Below the pieces are notes generated by a model. It was not told where the DNA came from and searched no databases. It saw only the letters and a program-made list of their open reading frames with translations. The position numbers and the translations under genes are program-made. 64,000 nt of DNA from Thainema sp. (GTDB taxonomy: Bacteria > Cyanobacteriota > Cyanobacteriia > Phormidesmidales > Phormidesmidaceae), in NCBI GenBank assembly GCA_052168235.1, contig JBQLZK010000016.1, positions 32,001-96,000 of the forward strand. Reading direction: 5' to 3'. The number at the start of each line of letters is the position of its first letter. Position 1 is the stretch's first letter. This document shows, piece after piece, positions 1-10,093 of this stretch.

Positions 1-138
1 CGGTTGGCTAAAACCTACTTCGGCAACGATACGTTTACAGAACGAGTATTAGATGCGCTGCAAGATCTGCCGGGTAACGGTGCACAGCAATTTAATCAGT
101 GGTTGAAGCGATCCCCCACGGGGAAACTCTGGCAGTAA
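1..138 (+). CDS. 3' end of a CDS entering the window (hypothetical protein)
   Basis: Open frame from base 1 (RLAKTYFGNDTFTERVLDALQDLPGNGAQQFNQWLKRSPTGKLWQ) ending at TAA 136-138. Confidence 0.6.
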   Translation, partial: RLAKTYFGNDTFTERVLDALQDLPGNGAQQFNQWLKRSPTGKLWQ

Positions 139-485
139 TTCCGCGATGTATAGTCATTATGCCTACATGCTATGCCTAAACCGCATGAAGACTCATCCGA
201 AACCAGCAGAGGAGATGTATCGCGTTTACAATCGACGGCCATATCACCGCTCAGGTTTTGAGGGCAAGATTATCTAAATGATAGCCTTAAGAATCATTGA
301 ATTTCTGAGTTGGATTCCGCCTCGTATGCGACGCTTCTGTCAGCTAGCGCGAATTTAGTCTTGATAGATCAAAACTTGACAGATCAAGAGAAGTTAACGA
401 TGGTTATATTTCTATATTGCATGGGTTGCCCCGTTGACTAATAAAGCTTGTTATTTGGGTGTTGTGATTTTTGAGGAGGAATCCT

Positions 486-1514
486 GTGGCCAGTAAGTCA
501 TCTGACTCCAAGTCTGCCCTCTCCGTTCCACAGTTGGTGTCAGCTGCGATCGCATGGGCAGTGATTTCGCTCCTATTCTTCTTGTTATTCAGCGTTTCAG
601 GTGGAGACGACCGTCCTCTTTGGTACACCATTGCGACTTACATTTTTGAAATGGTGGCTTTTGCGGGTGCGGCTGTGCTGTGTTTCCGCAATTGGCGCAG
701 CTCTCAGATTGTTAGTGGCCGAGGCGTTTGGCTCGCCATTGGCCTTGGGATGGCTTCTTATTTTCTCGGTAGCTTGATTTTTGGTATCTGGGAAGTCATC
801 TGGCTACAAGATCCAGCCGTTTCCCTAGCCGACATTTTTTACATCGCCACCTATATCTTCTTGGCCTGGGGCATGATCCAAGCGGTCTTACCCCGACGAC
901 TGAGCCTAGAACTCTATCAGTGGCTCATTGTTGGCGTCGTCGTTGTTTTGAGCGTCGTACTTGCTGTCTTTTTATGGTTCGGTGCAGGTGATGAAGCCGC
1001 TGCTCAGCTCAGAACTCCCTTGGGCGTGAGAGAAGCCGTTGCCCAAACGACTCCTGAGGGGACAGGCGAAGAGGCAGCACCCGCTCCTGAGATCGCACCA
1101 GCAGAGACGCCTGATGATGCTGTACAGGGAACACCTGAAACTGAAGCAGCTACCGAAATTGACAGCCCTGCGCCGGGTTGGGTAATCGCTCTGGATGACG
1201 CACTCTCACCGTTAGAAGGCATTGTGGGACTGCTGTATATCATCGGCGACGTAGCGCTACTGGGAGCGGCAACGACCCTTTTGCTGGCGTTTTGGGGCGG
1301 ACGGTTCTCTCAATCGTGGCGCATGATTGCAGCGGCAGCCTTTTGTCTCTACATTGCCGACATGTGGTTCTTGTATGCAGTAGAGCAGCCTGACTATCAG
1401 AGCGGCAGTTTGCCAGAAGTCTTTTGGGTCTTTTCCGGTGTTTTGTTTGCGATTGGAGCCGCATTGGAGTACGGTGTATCCACCCGCTCACGGCGAGGAC
1501 GGCGGCGGTCTTAA
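486..1514 (+). CDS. Polytopic membrane protein, hypothetical
   Basis: About 8 hydrophobic segments with an acidic Pro/Ala/Glu-rich loop. GTG start at 486 follows GAGGAGG. Confidence 0.75.
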   Translation: MASKSSDSKSALSVPQLVSAAIAWAVISLLFFLLFSVSGGDDRPLWYTIATYIFEMVAFAGAAVLCFRNWRSSQIVSGRGVWLAIGLGMASYFLGSLIFGIWEVIWLQDPAVSLADIFYIATYIFLAWGMIQAVLPRRLSLELYQWLIVGVVVVLSVVLAVFLWFGAGDEAAAQLRTPLGVREAVAQTTPEGTGEEAAPAPEIAPAETPDDAVQGTPETEAATEIDSPAPGWVIALDDALSPLEGIVGLLYIIGDVALLGAATTLLLAFWGGRFSQSWRMIAAAAFCLYIADMWFLYAVEQPDYQSGSLPEVFWVFSGVLFAIGAALEYGVSTRSRRGRRRS

Positions 1515-1581
1515 GCTAACATGCAGATCGCACAGATTGTGGCGATAATGAAACATAGTGGCGCGGCTAGGAAATGGTGGC

Positions 1582-2670
1582 ATGGCTCCCAAAAAACTCT
1601 CAGATTCAGAAAAGCAGGACATCGTTAGTCTCTATCGTGAACCGGCAGAGACTACCACAACGCTGTCTGAACGCTTTGGAGTGAGCAACAGTACAATTAG
1701 CCGTATTCTTAAAAGTGCTCTTTCAAGGGAAGAGTACAATGCTTTAGTGCAGCAGAAACGGGCCAAAGGATCGTCCGCTTCTCCAAACAGCACCACGACG
1801 AGCCAGACGAGTCAACTGTCCAGCGGTACAACCGATAGCGGCAAACCGATGCCGATCACTAAATCTGCGAAGTCTAGTCAAGCGGCAGTGGATGACAGTG
1901 ATGTGACTGCCGCTTCGGAGACTGCGATCGCAGATCAGATCGCAGATCAAGCCGAGCCATTCGATCTCACCGATCAAAACGAGGAAGAGGCTCGTCGCTC
2001 CCGCAAGCGCAGTTCGACCAAGCCAGTGACTAAGTCAGACAAAATCAGAGCACAAGCAGAACAGGCTGTGGCGGAAAAAATTGGCCAACAGCTTCAGCTC
2101 CTAGATGCGTCCTTTCGCGATGAGGCTCCATTAGCCGTGGCTGAAGCTACCGATTCACCCGTTTTGGATACGCCCCAGTCATATGCAGCCGATGATTTAG
2201 ATGATGACGATGATGATGATTTCGACGATGAGCTAGAGGATGATCTAGATGACATCGACGATCTGGATGATGATTTCGATGATGAAGACGAGGACGAGGA
2301 CGAGGACGACGAGTTTGACGAGGACATTTTAGACTCAACTGCAGCTAGCAATCGCGTCATCATTGAAATCTTGCCCTTCGAAGATGCCGAGCTACCTCGA
2401 ACCTGTTATCTAGTCGTGGATCGGTTTGCCGAATTAATTACTCGACCGCTGCGAGAGTTTGGTCATCTAGGACAAATTCCTGAGGCAGAAATACAGGAAA
2501 TGACGCTGCCTGTTTTTGATAATCATCGCGTAGCGCGGCGGTTCTCGCGGCGCAATCAGCGGGTCATTAAGGTACCTGACGGCACGATGCTGGAGAAAAC
2601 CAGCGACTACTTACAAGCCAAGGGGATCACGCGTTTGCTCATAGACGGGCAGATTTATGCCCTGGATTAA
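1582..2670 (+). CDS. N-terminal helix-turn-helix protein with a long Asp/Glu tract and a conserved C-terminal domain
   Basis: HTH-like TTTTLSERFGVSNSTISRILK, an acidic run of about 45 residues, and a globular C-terminus (LPRTCYLVVDR...LPVFDNHRVARRFS). Confidence 0.8.
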   Translation: MAPKKLSDSEKQDIVSLYREPAETTTTLSERFGVSNSTISRILKSALSREEYNALVQQKRAKGSSASPNSTTTSQTSQLSSGTTDSGKPMPITKSAKSSQAAVDDSDVTAASETAIADQIADQAEPFDLTDQNEEEARRSRKRSSTKPVTKSDKIRAQAEQAVAEKIGQQLQLLDASFRDEAPLAVAEATDSPVLDTPQSYAADDLDDDDDDDFDDELEDDLDDIDDLDDDFDDEDEDEDEDDEFDEDILDSTAASNRVIIEILPFEDAELPRTCYLVVDRFAELITRPLREFGHLGQIPEAEIQEMTLPVFDNHRVARRFSRRNQRVIKVPDGTMLEKTSDYLQAKGITRLLIDGQIYALD

Positions 2671-2732
2671 CTCTTAGTGTGATGAGTATATAGCCCTAGT
2701 GGCTTGCTAGCGTGGATTACTAGCATAGGTAA

Positions 2733-3869
2733 TTAGCGTGGATAAATTGTGACCTCAATCCGGCGATTGCGCTGACGGTTGAGGTCAGAGTCATTGGGGA
2801 CTTGCGATCGCAAACTGCCGTAGCCAACTGTGACCCAGCGGTACTGATCGCCTAGTCGTTCGGCTAAGTAGGACTGCACTGCTTTCGCCTGCTGAAATGA
2901 AACGGTTTTGCGAGTTGCGGCCTCAATTTGGTTATCCGTATGCCCAGAAACATGAATCGTTGCGCCTGGGTAATTCTGTAAATCGCGGATGATGCTGTCT
3001 AGAATAGGCCGAGTTGCTTGATTCAGCTGGGTTTCATTTGCAAACAGTACGTCGCTGGGCAGCGTAATTTTGAGCGTATCAGACGCTGGAATAGCGGCAT
3101 TAATGTCCTGATCGATTGGATCGGTTGGGGTGGAAGGCGTAGGTGCGATCGCATTATTATCATTCGCTTCACGACTGGTTGATGGTGAAGTAGTTGATGG
3201 TGGGGACTCGGCTCCTGGTGTAACGGGTTCGCTGCGTTGCTCAGTTGTGGTCGCTGTTTCGGGATTGAGGCGACGCGAAAGCTGATCAATTCGGGCTGCC
3301 AATTCGGCCTGGCTCTCCTCCTGCCCAACATCAGTTTCCAGTGCGGCCATCCGATTTTGAAGTCCTTCTAACTCTGTTCGAATCGCCGATAATTCGGCTT
3401 CGGCCTGTTCTTGAGCCTGCGGATCTAAATTGAGTGGTTCGAGGTTAGTGGCTGAGGAATCTGGAACTGGACTCGTTTGTTCAGCCTGCGTCGTCGAATC
3501 AGTAGAAACTGGCAACTCTGACAAATCAGTGTTAATCGTTGTCGTCGATGTCTCTTGTCCCCAGCGCTGCGGTAGCGAGGTAATGTCGTTGACAACAGCA
3601 CTGGTCTGACGCATGACAATTTCTTGCAGGGGGGGCTCAGGATTTTGAGCTGGATAAAACTGTGCGATCGCAACTCCCAGCAGCCAAGCGGCTCCGCTGC
3701 CAACGCCCAACAGCAACAGACGCAGCCAGAACGACACAAAGCTGCGCAATCGTCCTGCCACCGAGACTGGCTGTCTGCTTGAGCCTGGCTTCGGCGGTTT
3801 AGACGATTTGGGGGGTTTTGAATTGGGCGGTTGAGGCTGGGGTGACAAATTGGGAAGTTGCGCGGCCAT
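2733..3869 (-). CDS. OmpA/MotB-type peptidoglycan-binding protein with N-terminal TM helix and coiled coil
   Basis: ITLPSDVLF, VSGHTDN, QAKAVQSYL and RNRRIEVTI motifs of the OmpA C-terminal domain. Confidence 0.85.
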   Translation of the reverse strand: MAAQLPNLSPQPQPPNSKPPKSSKPPKPGSSRQPVSVAGRLRSFVSFWLRLLLLGVGSGAAWLLGVAIAQFYPAQNPEPPLQEIVMRQTSAVVNDITSLPQRWGQETSTTTINTDLSELPVSTDSTTQAEQTSPVPDSSATNLEPLNLDPQAQEQAEAELSAIRTELEGLQNRMAALETDVGQEESQAELAARIDQLSRRLNPETATTTEQRSEPVTPGAESPPSTTSPSTSREANDNNAIAPTPSTPTDPIDQDINAAIPASDTLKITLPSDVLFANETQLNQATRPILDSIIRDLQNYPGATIHVSGHTDNQIEAATRKTVSFQQAKAVQSYLAERLGDQYRWVTVGYGSLRSQVPNDSDLNRQRNRRIEVTIYPR

Positions 3870-4040
3870 AGCTGATGTTGTCCAACAGTTGATCCATCAA
3901 TCCATTCCATCAAAACCAATTTATGAAGATCAATAGTGATTGCCCCAATCAGGATTGTTTGAGGACGACTCACTCATCAACCGATTAGCCTGATGGAAAT
4001 GGTATGAGTATAGCAACTCTCGATTCAACTGCACGCTACT

Positions 4041-4535
4041 CTAAGCGCCAATTTCAACCAGCGATTCGCCACTTAAGACCGCTTGATTCAACGCCAAAAT
4101 TGGCCCAAACAGGGCTGCTTCCTCGGGCGAGAGATAATACCGTATCACATCCTGCATGGCTGAATAGGTTGCGGCACAGCTTCGTTGAGCACCAAACGCT
4201 CGCATAATCGTCGCCAGCCATAGGAGTAATCGCTCGCTCAACCACGTTGGATCATCCAGTAGCATAGCTGTGGCTGAAAATCGCAAAACTCTAATCGTGT
4301 CTCGCTTCCACTTTGCAGTTAGGTCTTCAGTTCCGCGTCGTAACAGATTTGGATCGGCTGTGACTAGACAGTCGTAGACATCTTGCACAATTTTTGATTC
4401 AGCCAACTTAATTTTTTGATAGGTAATAAAGCGCAGTCGAGCAGTTTGGAGATAATCTTGCATGAATTGAAGTTCTGCATCAGAGGCATAACGGCCATCT
4501 GTTTGGGACTGGAGACGGTTCAGTTGGCTCAACAT
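4041..4535 (-). CDS. Phycobiliprotein-like (globin-fold) protein lacking the canonical bilin Cys
   Basis: N-terminal DGRYASDAEL and KWKRDTIRVLRF align with phycobiliprotein motifs D.EGRYL and ACLRD...LRY. Confidence 0.75.
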   Translation of the reverse strand: MLSQLNRLQSQTDGRYASDAELQFMQDYLQTARLRFITYQKIKLAESKIVQDVYDCLVTADPNLLRRGTEDLTAKWKRDTIRVLRFSATAMLLDDPTWLSERLLLWLATIMRAFGAQRSCAATYSAMQDVIRYYLSPEEAALFGPILALNQAVLSGESLVEIGA

Positions 4536-4761
4536 AATTAAATAGCGTTAGCAGTGGCTTTACAGAGGGCTAATGAGACGAAATCCGCCCTAAAAACAGT
4601 TTTTACTTTTTGTGAAAGCCAGGTACAGCCTAACTTTCACAAAAGCATCCGGGTTCTTTCTAGTCGGATTCGATACTAAAGGAAATAAGTAGAGGTCGAA
4701 AGCTACTTTACATTTCTACACCATCGTTCCCAATCTTAAACCGATGTAAACAAGGTGGCTC

Positions 4762-4877
4762 ATATCTATATAGTCTTTCCTGCTACTGGGGTACAAGTTA
4801 TTTTTTGGAAGCCTCGCTCCGCGAGGCTTCCAAAAAATAACTCCCCCTTTATCGGCGCAAGAACCGCTATATCTATA
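4762..4877. mobile_element. MITE-like element with a 22-bp perfect internal hairpin
   Basis: Arms 4796-4817 and 4821-4842 around a TCC loop. Direct repeat ATATCTATA at 4762-4770 and 4869-4877. Confidence 0.55.
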
Positions 4878-5073
4878 GGTGGATACAAAAATGGGGCGCT
4901 TTGGTGAAGCGCCCCTAGAAGAACCCGATCCAATGAGTATTTTGGTGAATATTCTAAAAACTAGCTGGAGAAAATATCGTGAACTCTTGCCTAAAAGAGT
5001 GCTTCAATATTTTCCGTTTGCACATTAACAACTAAATCTATAGATACCTTTACCGTTAACTGCGTCACCAACT

Positions 5074-5271
5074 CTACGCAAGCAGACCAAGCTTTTTGCC
5101 GTTGTCCCGTGCGAGGCGAATCATGTTTTGCCGCTTGGTGCGATCGATACCAACTTGATTACAGAAGTTGGTGATGGCTTTGGAGTGAAGTGCGATCGCT
5201 TGACCACGAACTTTGTTGAACCGTGGGTTGCCCATGAATCGGCGGATGAGAACAACGATGGGTGCAAACAT
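5074..5271 (-). CDS. pgr5: PGR5-like protein (cyclic electron flow)
   Basis: FAPIVVLIR...FNKVRGQAIALHSKAITNFC...RQNMIRLARDNGKKLGLLA matches the mature PGR5 family sequence. Confidence 0.9.
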   Translation of the reverse strand: MFAPIVVLIRRFMGNPRFNKVRGQAIALHSKAITNFCNQVGIDRTKRQNMIRLARDNGKKLGLLA

Positions 5272-5299
5272 TGCAACAACTCCTGCGTGCGTCTTGCGT

Positions 5300-5327
5300 T
5301 TTGTAACCTTATGTAAATAAATGTAAC
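5300..5327 (-). promoter_or_regulatory. Triple HLR1 (RpaB-binding) element upstream of pgr5
   Basis: Minus strand reads GTTACATT-ta-TTTACATA-ag-GTTACAAA: three (G/T)TTACA(T/A)(T/A) half-sites spaced by 2 nt. Confidence 0.8.
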
Positions 5328-5592
5328 TTTAATATTTACAAAACGTCAAGAACCAGTTGACAAATGATTCCTGATGTTTCCCATAAAGGGTGCTTATTGG
5401 GTTGAGTGGAGGCAATTTTGGATTTTGGATTGGTGCGCTTGTGTAGTGTGAATAGTTTCAAGTGTGGATAGTTTCAATGGCTGTGTTGCATGTCAAAGCG
5501 GGATGGGCAATTTAAGACGTTAAGCCTTGGCTGACTAACTAGCAGGAGCTGTTTTGCGCTTTTCGGAGAATATTTGAATTATCAACGTTACC

Positions 5593-5646
5593 GTAGGAGG
5601 CGAAGGCCATATAGCCCTGCGGGCATAGCTTCGCTAACGCCCCTAC
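5593..5646. repeat. GTAG-type REP-like repeat with a nested insertion
   Basis: GTAGGAGGCGAAGGCC...ACGCCCCTAC, related to the palindromes at 14486 and 49306. Confidence 0.55.
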
Positions 5647-5670
5647 AAGGTGCCGTTCTTTGCAGAAAGA

Positions 5671-6960
5671 CTATGCGATCGCAGTTGCTTTAGACGAATA
5701 AACCTGTTGAACCAGTTGGCTTAAACGCTGCATCGCGTCAGCAATCTCCTCAGTGGTGGCCGTTAGGCTGATGCGGAAACACTGCTGCTTGTGCGGCCAG
5801 TTGTCGTCCTGCAGGCCGGGGAAGAAAGCGCTGCCGGGAACGACGATGACGCCGTACTCTTTGAGTTGTTGGTAAAACTCCCAGTCGGTCATCGGTAAGT
5901 CCTGGAGCCAGAGCCAAGCAAAAATTGCGCCTTCGCCACGGTGGAGATACCAGGGAATATCGTTGGGCATGGCTTCATCCAGCGTGGATTCGAGGACGGC
6001 GAGTTTGGCTTGATAGTGGGGCCGAATCACCGTATGCGAGAGTTCCGCTAACGCACCGGATGCGATCGCACGGGCTGCAATTGCCTGACCGTAGCGGGAG
6101 GAGTGTAAACACTGGTTGGTGAGGAATGATTCCAAGACGCTGATTACGCGCTCATCACCGATGGCGATGCCGATTCGTTCACCGGGTAGTCCGGCTTTGG
6201 ACAGGCTGGTGCAGTGAATAATATTGGATGCAAAAACGGGAGTCATGGGGGTGAAATTTAGCGCCGGAAAGGGTTCGGCATAGGCCGAATCCACCATGAC
6301 GGGCACCTGATGCTGCGCCGCCAGCTCGGCAATCCGCTGCACATCGGCTTCGCTAATCACGTTTCCGGTGGGATTACAGGGACGGGAAAGCAGGACGCAG
6401 CCCGTTTGCTCGGTGATTTGAAGCTGGCTGAAATCGGGGCGGTACTTGAAACGATGCGCAGTGGTATCAATTTCAAGCGCAGGTCGATAGGCTTTCAGCG
6501 CTTCGGGATAGAGCGCCACGCCACCGTAGCCGGTATAGTCCGGCACAGAGGGCAAGACAACCTGTTTAAGAGTGCCATCCGTAGTATAGCCACCGAAGGC
6601 ATTGGAAGCATAAAAGTAGAGGGATTGACTGCCAGCGGTGATCAGAATGTTGCGATCGCACAACTTCAGTCCGTACCGCTGGTTAAAATCGTTGGCTACA
6701 GCTTCAATCAGCGGTTCGTAGCCTCGGCTGGCTCCGTAGCGGCAAACCACTTCACCGTATTCTGAGCTAGCGAGAAGGTCGGCGGTGCAGTCGCGCCAGA
6801 GCCGCTCAATTTCCGGCAGGATAATAGGATTTCCGGCACTGAGGTTAATGAAACTCCGGCCAGAACCTGATTTCAGCGTTTCCATGATGTCTTTCATGAT
6901 CGCCCGTACCCCCGTGAGGTGAGACATGCGATCGCCAAATTGGGTGAGGGCAGGTTCCAT
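5671..6960 (-). CDS. avtA: Valine-pyruvate aminotransferase
   Basis: GVRAIMKDI, NLSAGNP, SRPCNPTGNV and SLSKAGLPGERIG (PLP Lys). Confidence 0.9.
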   Translation of the reverse strand: MEPALTQFGDRMSHLTGVRAIMKDIMETLKSGSGRSFINLSAGNPIILPEIERLWRDCTADLLASSEYGEVVCRYGASRGYEPLIEAVANDFNQRYGLKLCDRNILITAGSQSLYFYASNAFGGYTTDGTLKQVVLPSVPDYTGYGGVALYPEALKAYRPALEIDTTAHRFKYRPDFSQLQITEQTGCVLLSRPCNPTGNVISEADVQRIAELAAQHQVPVMVDSAYAEPFPALNFTPMTPVFASNIIHCTSLSKAGLPGERIGIAIGDERVISVLESFLTNQCLHSSRYGQAIAARAIASGALAELSHTVIRPHYQAKLAVLESTLDEAMPNDIPWYLHRGEGAIFAWLWLQDLPMTDWEFYQQLKEYGVIVVPGSAFFPGLQDDNWPHKQQCFRISLTATTEEIADAMQRLSQLVQQVYSSKATAIA

Positions 6961-7120
6961 GATGTGCTGATTGTGTGACAGATAAATCCGAGGTTAATCA
7001 TTTCAACGGTATTGATCAAGTCACAGTGTTTATGAATTGTGATTAAATTTTGTCATTAAAATTCGACGTGATTAGCCCGTTGTGATGTAGCGATACTTGT
7101 TCAGCTTGACACTTTGCATA

Positions 7121-7210
7121 ATCCCCCTAAATCCCCCTTAAAAAAAGGAGAACTTTAAATCAATATTGAAATAGCCCCCTTGTTAAGGGGGCGGCGACAG
7201 CGGGGGATCT
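7121..7210. repeat. Cyanobacterial dispersed C/G-run palindromic repeat
   Basis: ATCCCCCTAAATCCCCCTTAAAAAAAGGAG...AGCCCCCTTGTTAAGGGGGC...GGGGGATC; ends are complementary and there are two internal hairpins. Confidence 0.55.
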
Positions 7211-7810
7211 CACAGCTACGCTAAACACATATACTCACAGTGATACAGCCACCTTTGATAAAAGTATAGACAGAGGTGAAATATCAAAGATAGGATGTAC
7301 CTTGCGCCTTCTGTGTAAAGTCTTTGTAGATTGATTCAAATACACTCGACATTAAATTTGATTTGCATTGCTATTTAAGCAGAATTGCCCATTATTTCTG
7401 ATATCAGCTTCCAACAATCAAGCCTTTCTTTGATTGTCTGCTCGAATCCAGATCAGGGCACTGGTGATAAAAATCCGGCTATCAAATCCCAGAATCTTTT
7501 GGGGCAACAATGTAGATCTTGTACCTATATTTTTTCTCCAAATTTAATCGGATTTCATCGGCGGATTGGGTCTGAGCATCGCATTCGGAGTCACTCTATT
7601 CTCAGCAAGGGACTCCGGCTGAGTGTTGTCGGCCTTTGCTCTCGCTCTTCCTAAAGACGAGAGTAAGTTTTGTGTCAGCAATGCTTAACCTTTTTGGCAT
7701 CAGACTTAAATGTGCGATCGCAGTCAATCAACCTGCGCTTTTCAGTTGCGTACTCCGATTACATTGCAGTCACTGTTTGTTGAATTTTGTTGAATTATCG
7801 TTGAATTGTT

Positions 7811-10030
7811 ATGGTGAATTCGTCCAGCTCATCCCCCATTATCACGTTAGCCAATCGTTTGCCCAGTCCGCTGAAGCATTTGGCTGAAATTGCCTACAAC
7901 TACTGGTGGAGTTGGACACCGGAACGAGTCGGGTTATTTCAACATATTGATGCCAATTTGTGGCGGGACTGCAACCACAATCCGGTGCAGCTTTTGTGGC
8001 AGGTTCCCTATGAGAGGCTGACCCAAATTGCCGAAGATCCTATTTATCTGAAAGGTTTAAGGAGCCTGATGCGGCAGTTTAACAATTATATGAATGAGCA
8101 GGATACCTGGGCCAATCAGGTGGCTCCGCAGATTTCGTCTCAGCATCCGGTTGCCTATTTCTGTGCCGAGTTTGGCATTCATGAGTCGCTACCCATTTAT
8201 GCGGGCGGTCTGGGCGTACTGGCAGGTGATCACCTCAAGTCGGCCTCTGATATTGGCGTGCCGCTGGTGGGCGTTGGCCTAATGTATCGCCAGGGTTATT
8301 TTCGGCAGCGGCTCAACCGCAGCGGTTGGCAGGAAGACTACTACCTTGATAATGATTTTGAGAACCTGCCGCTAGAGCTGGTGCGATCGCAATCGGGCGA
8401 TGTACTCACAGTTGAACTCAATATTCGACAGCGGGTTGTGAAGGCTCAGATTTGGCAGGTGCGGGTGGGCCGCGTCAATCTTTATCTGCTGGATACGGAT
8501 CGGGAAGACAACGACCCGATTGACCGCTGGCTGACGGGCCATCTCTATGGTGGCAATCAGGACGCTCGGATTGCTCAGGAGATGCTGCTCGGTATCGGCG
8601 GGGTGCGGGCTTTGCAACTGCTGGGGATTGAGCCATCGGTGTATCACCTGAATGAAGGCCATGCGGCGTTTGCCCTGCTGGAAGTAGCGCGGTCGGAAAT
8701 TGAGCGCACAGGCCAGTCGTTCTACGACGTGGAAGAGTCAGTGTGCGATCGCGCTATTTTCACGACTCACACTCCGGTACCAGCGGGACACGATGTCTTT
8801 TCCCCGGACTTGATGGATTCCTACTTTGCTGACTATTGGCCGCAGCTCCAGCTTTCTCGTGAGCAGTTTTTGGCGCTGGGAGCGCGGCGACTGGGCGATC
8901 CCTGGGAGCCGTTTGGCATGACGGTTTTGGCGCTGCGGCTCACCCGTGCTGCCAACGGAGTGAGCAAGCTGCACGGCGAGGTTTCCCGTAATATGTGGCA
9001 AATTCTCTATCCAGAGAAAGCGGAAGCGGATGTGCCCATTGGTCATATCACCAATGGAGTTCATGCTCGCACCTGGACGGCACCGCTGATAGATGACCTG
9101 TATCGGGACTATTTAGGCGAAGACTGGCTAAATCGCGTGGTAAATCCAGAGCTGTGGCGCAAAATTGACGACATTCCCAATGCGGAACTATGGCAGTATC
9201 ACCAAATTCTGAAAGATCGCCTGATCGCCTATACCCGCTTAAAGGTGCGCCAAGCCCGTGAAGCGCGTAAAGAAGATCCAGACACAATCTCGGCTGTAGA
9301 TCGGCTACTGGATCCGAATGTGCTGACCCTGGGCTTTGCCCGTCGATTTAGTCCCTACAAACGGGCCGTCTTGATCATGCGCGACTTCAACCGGATTGTA
9401 AAAATCCTCAGTCAGCGGGGACGCACTGTACAAATCATTTTTGCAGGTAAGGCCCATCCCGCCGATGAGGAAGGCAAGCGGATGATTCAGCGACTGATGG
9501 AATGGTGCCAGCATCCGGCGCTGCGCGATCGCGTTGCATTTATCGAAGATTACGACATGTTCACGGCGCAAAAGCTGGTGCATGGCGTCGATGTGTGGCT
9601 GAATAATCCTCGTCGGCCTCTGGAAGCGTCGGGAACCAGCGGCCAGAAAGTCTGCTTAAATGGCGGGATTAACTGTAGTGTCCTCGATGGCTGGTGGTGC
9701 GAAGGCTACCTGCAAGATGCCAACGGCAAAGGCATCAACGGCTGGGCCATTGGTGAAGATGCTCATACCAGTGACCAGGAGCAGCAAGATCAAATTGACG
9801 CTGATTCGCTCTATCACCTGTTGGAAACCGAGATTGTGCCGCTGTACTACGATCGCGACGAAAACGGCATTCCCAACGGCTGGGTGAACATGATGAAGCA
9901 GTCGATTCGCACCTGTGCACCGATTTTCAACACGGATCGGATGCTGGCTGAATATGTAGCGAAGCTCTATGCACCCCAAGTGAATCTGGCAGATCTGAAT
10001 CCCATTCTGGCCAGCGTCACCTCATCGTAA
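7811..10030 (+). CDS. glgP: Alpha-glucan (glycogen) phosphorylase
   Basis: YFCAEFG, YAGGLGVLAGDHLKS, HLNEGH, FARRFSPYKR and EASGTSGQK (PLP Lys). Confidence 0.95.
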   Translation: MVNSSSSSPIITLANRLPSPLKHLAEIAYNYWWSWTPERVGLFQHIDANLWRDCNHNPVQLLWQVPYERLTQIAEDPIYLKGLRSLMRQFNNYMNEQDTWANQVAPQISSQHPVAYFCAEFGIHESLPIYAGGLGVLAGDHLKSASDIGVPLVGVGLMYRQGYFRQRLNRSGWQEDYYLDNDFENLPLELVRSQSGDVLTVELNIRQRVVKAQIWQVRVGRVNLYLLDTDREDNDPIDRWLTGHLYGGNQDARIAQEMLLGIGGVRALQLLGIEPSVYHLNEGHAAFALLEVARSEIERTGQSFYDVEESVCDRAIFTTHTPVPAGHDVFSPDLMDSYFADYWPQLQLSREQFLALGARRLGDPWEPFGMTVLALRLTRAANGVSKLHGEVSRNMWQILYPEKAEADVPIGHITNGVHARTWTAPLIDDLYRDYLGEDWLNRVVNPELWRKIDDIPNAELWQYHQILKDRLIAYTRLKVRQAREARKEDPDTISAVDRLLDPNVLTLGFARRFSPYKRAVLIMRDFNRIVKILSQRGRTVQIIFAGKAHPADEEGKRMIQRLMEWCQHPALRDRVAFIEDYDMFTAQKLVHGVDVWLNNPRRPLEASGTSGQKVCLNGGINCSVLDGWWCEGYLQDANGKGINGWAIGEDAHTSDQEQQDQIDADSLYHLLETEIVPLYYDRDENGIPNGWVNMMKQSIRTCAPIFNTDRMLAEYVAKLYAPQVNLADLNPILASVTSS

Positions 10031-10036
10031 TTTGGC

Positions 10037-10091
10037 AGCAACGCTGATGAGAACAGCTTGGCGACGCCAAGCTGTTCTCATCAGCGTTGCT
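10037..10091. terminator. Perfect 27-bp inverted repeat between convergent glgP and SUI1 genes (probable bidirectional terminator)
   Basis: AGCAACGCTGATGAGAACAGCTTGGCG-A-CGCCAAGCTGTTCTCATCAGCGTTGCT. Confidence 0.7.
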
Positions 10092-10093
10092 AA

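Noticed and set aside
2094..2363. Poly-Ser ORF on the minus strand
   Set aside because: Antisense shadow of the GAT/GAC/GAG acidic tract.
1582..2670. Transposase, suggested by the N-terminal HTH
   Set aside because: No DDE or HUH catalytic domain and no flanking IRs.
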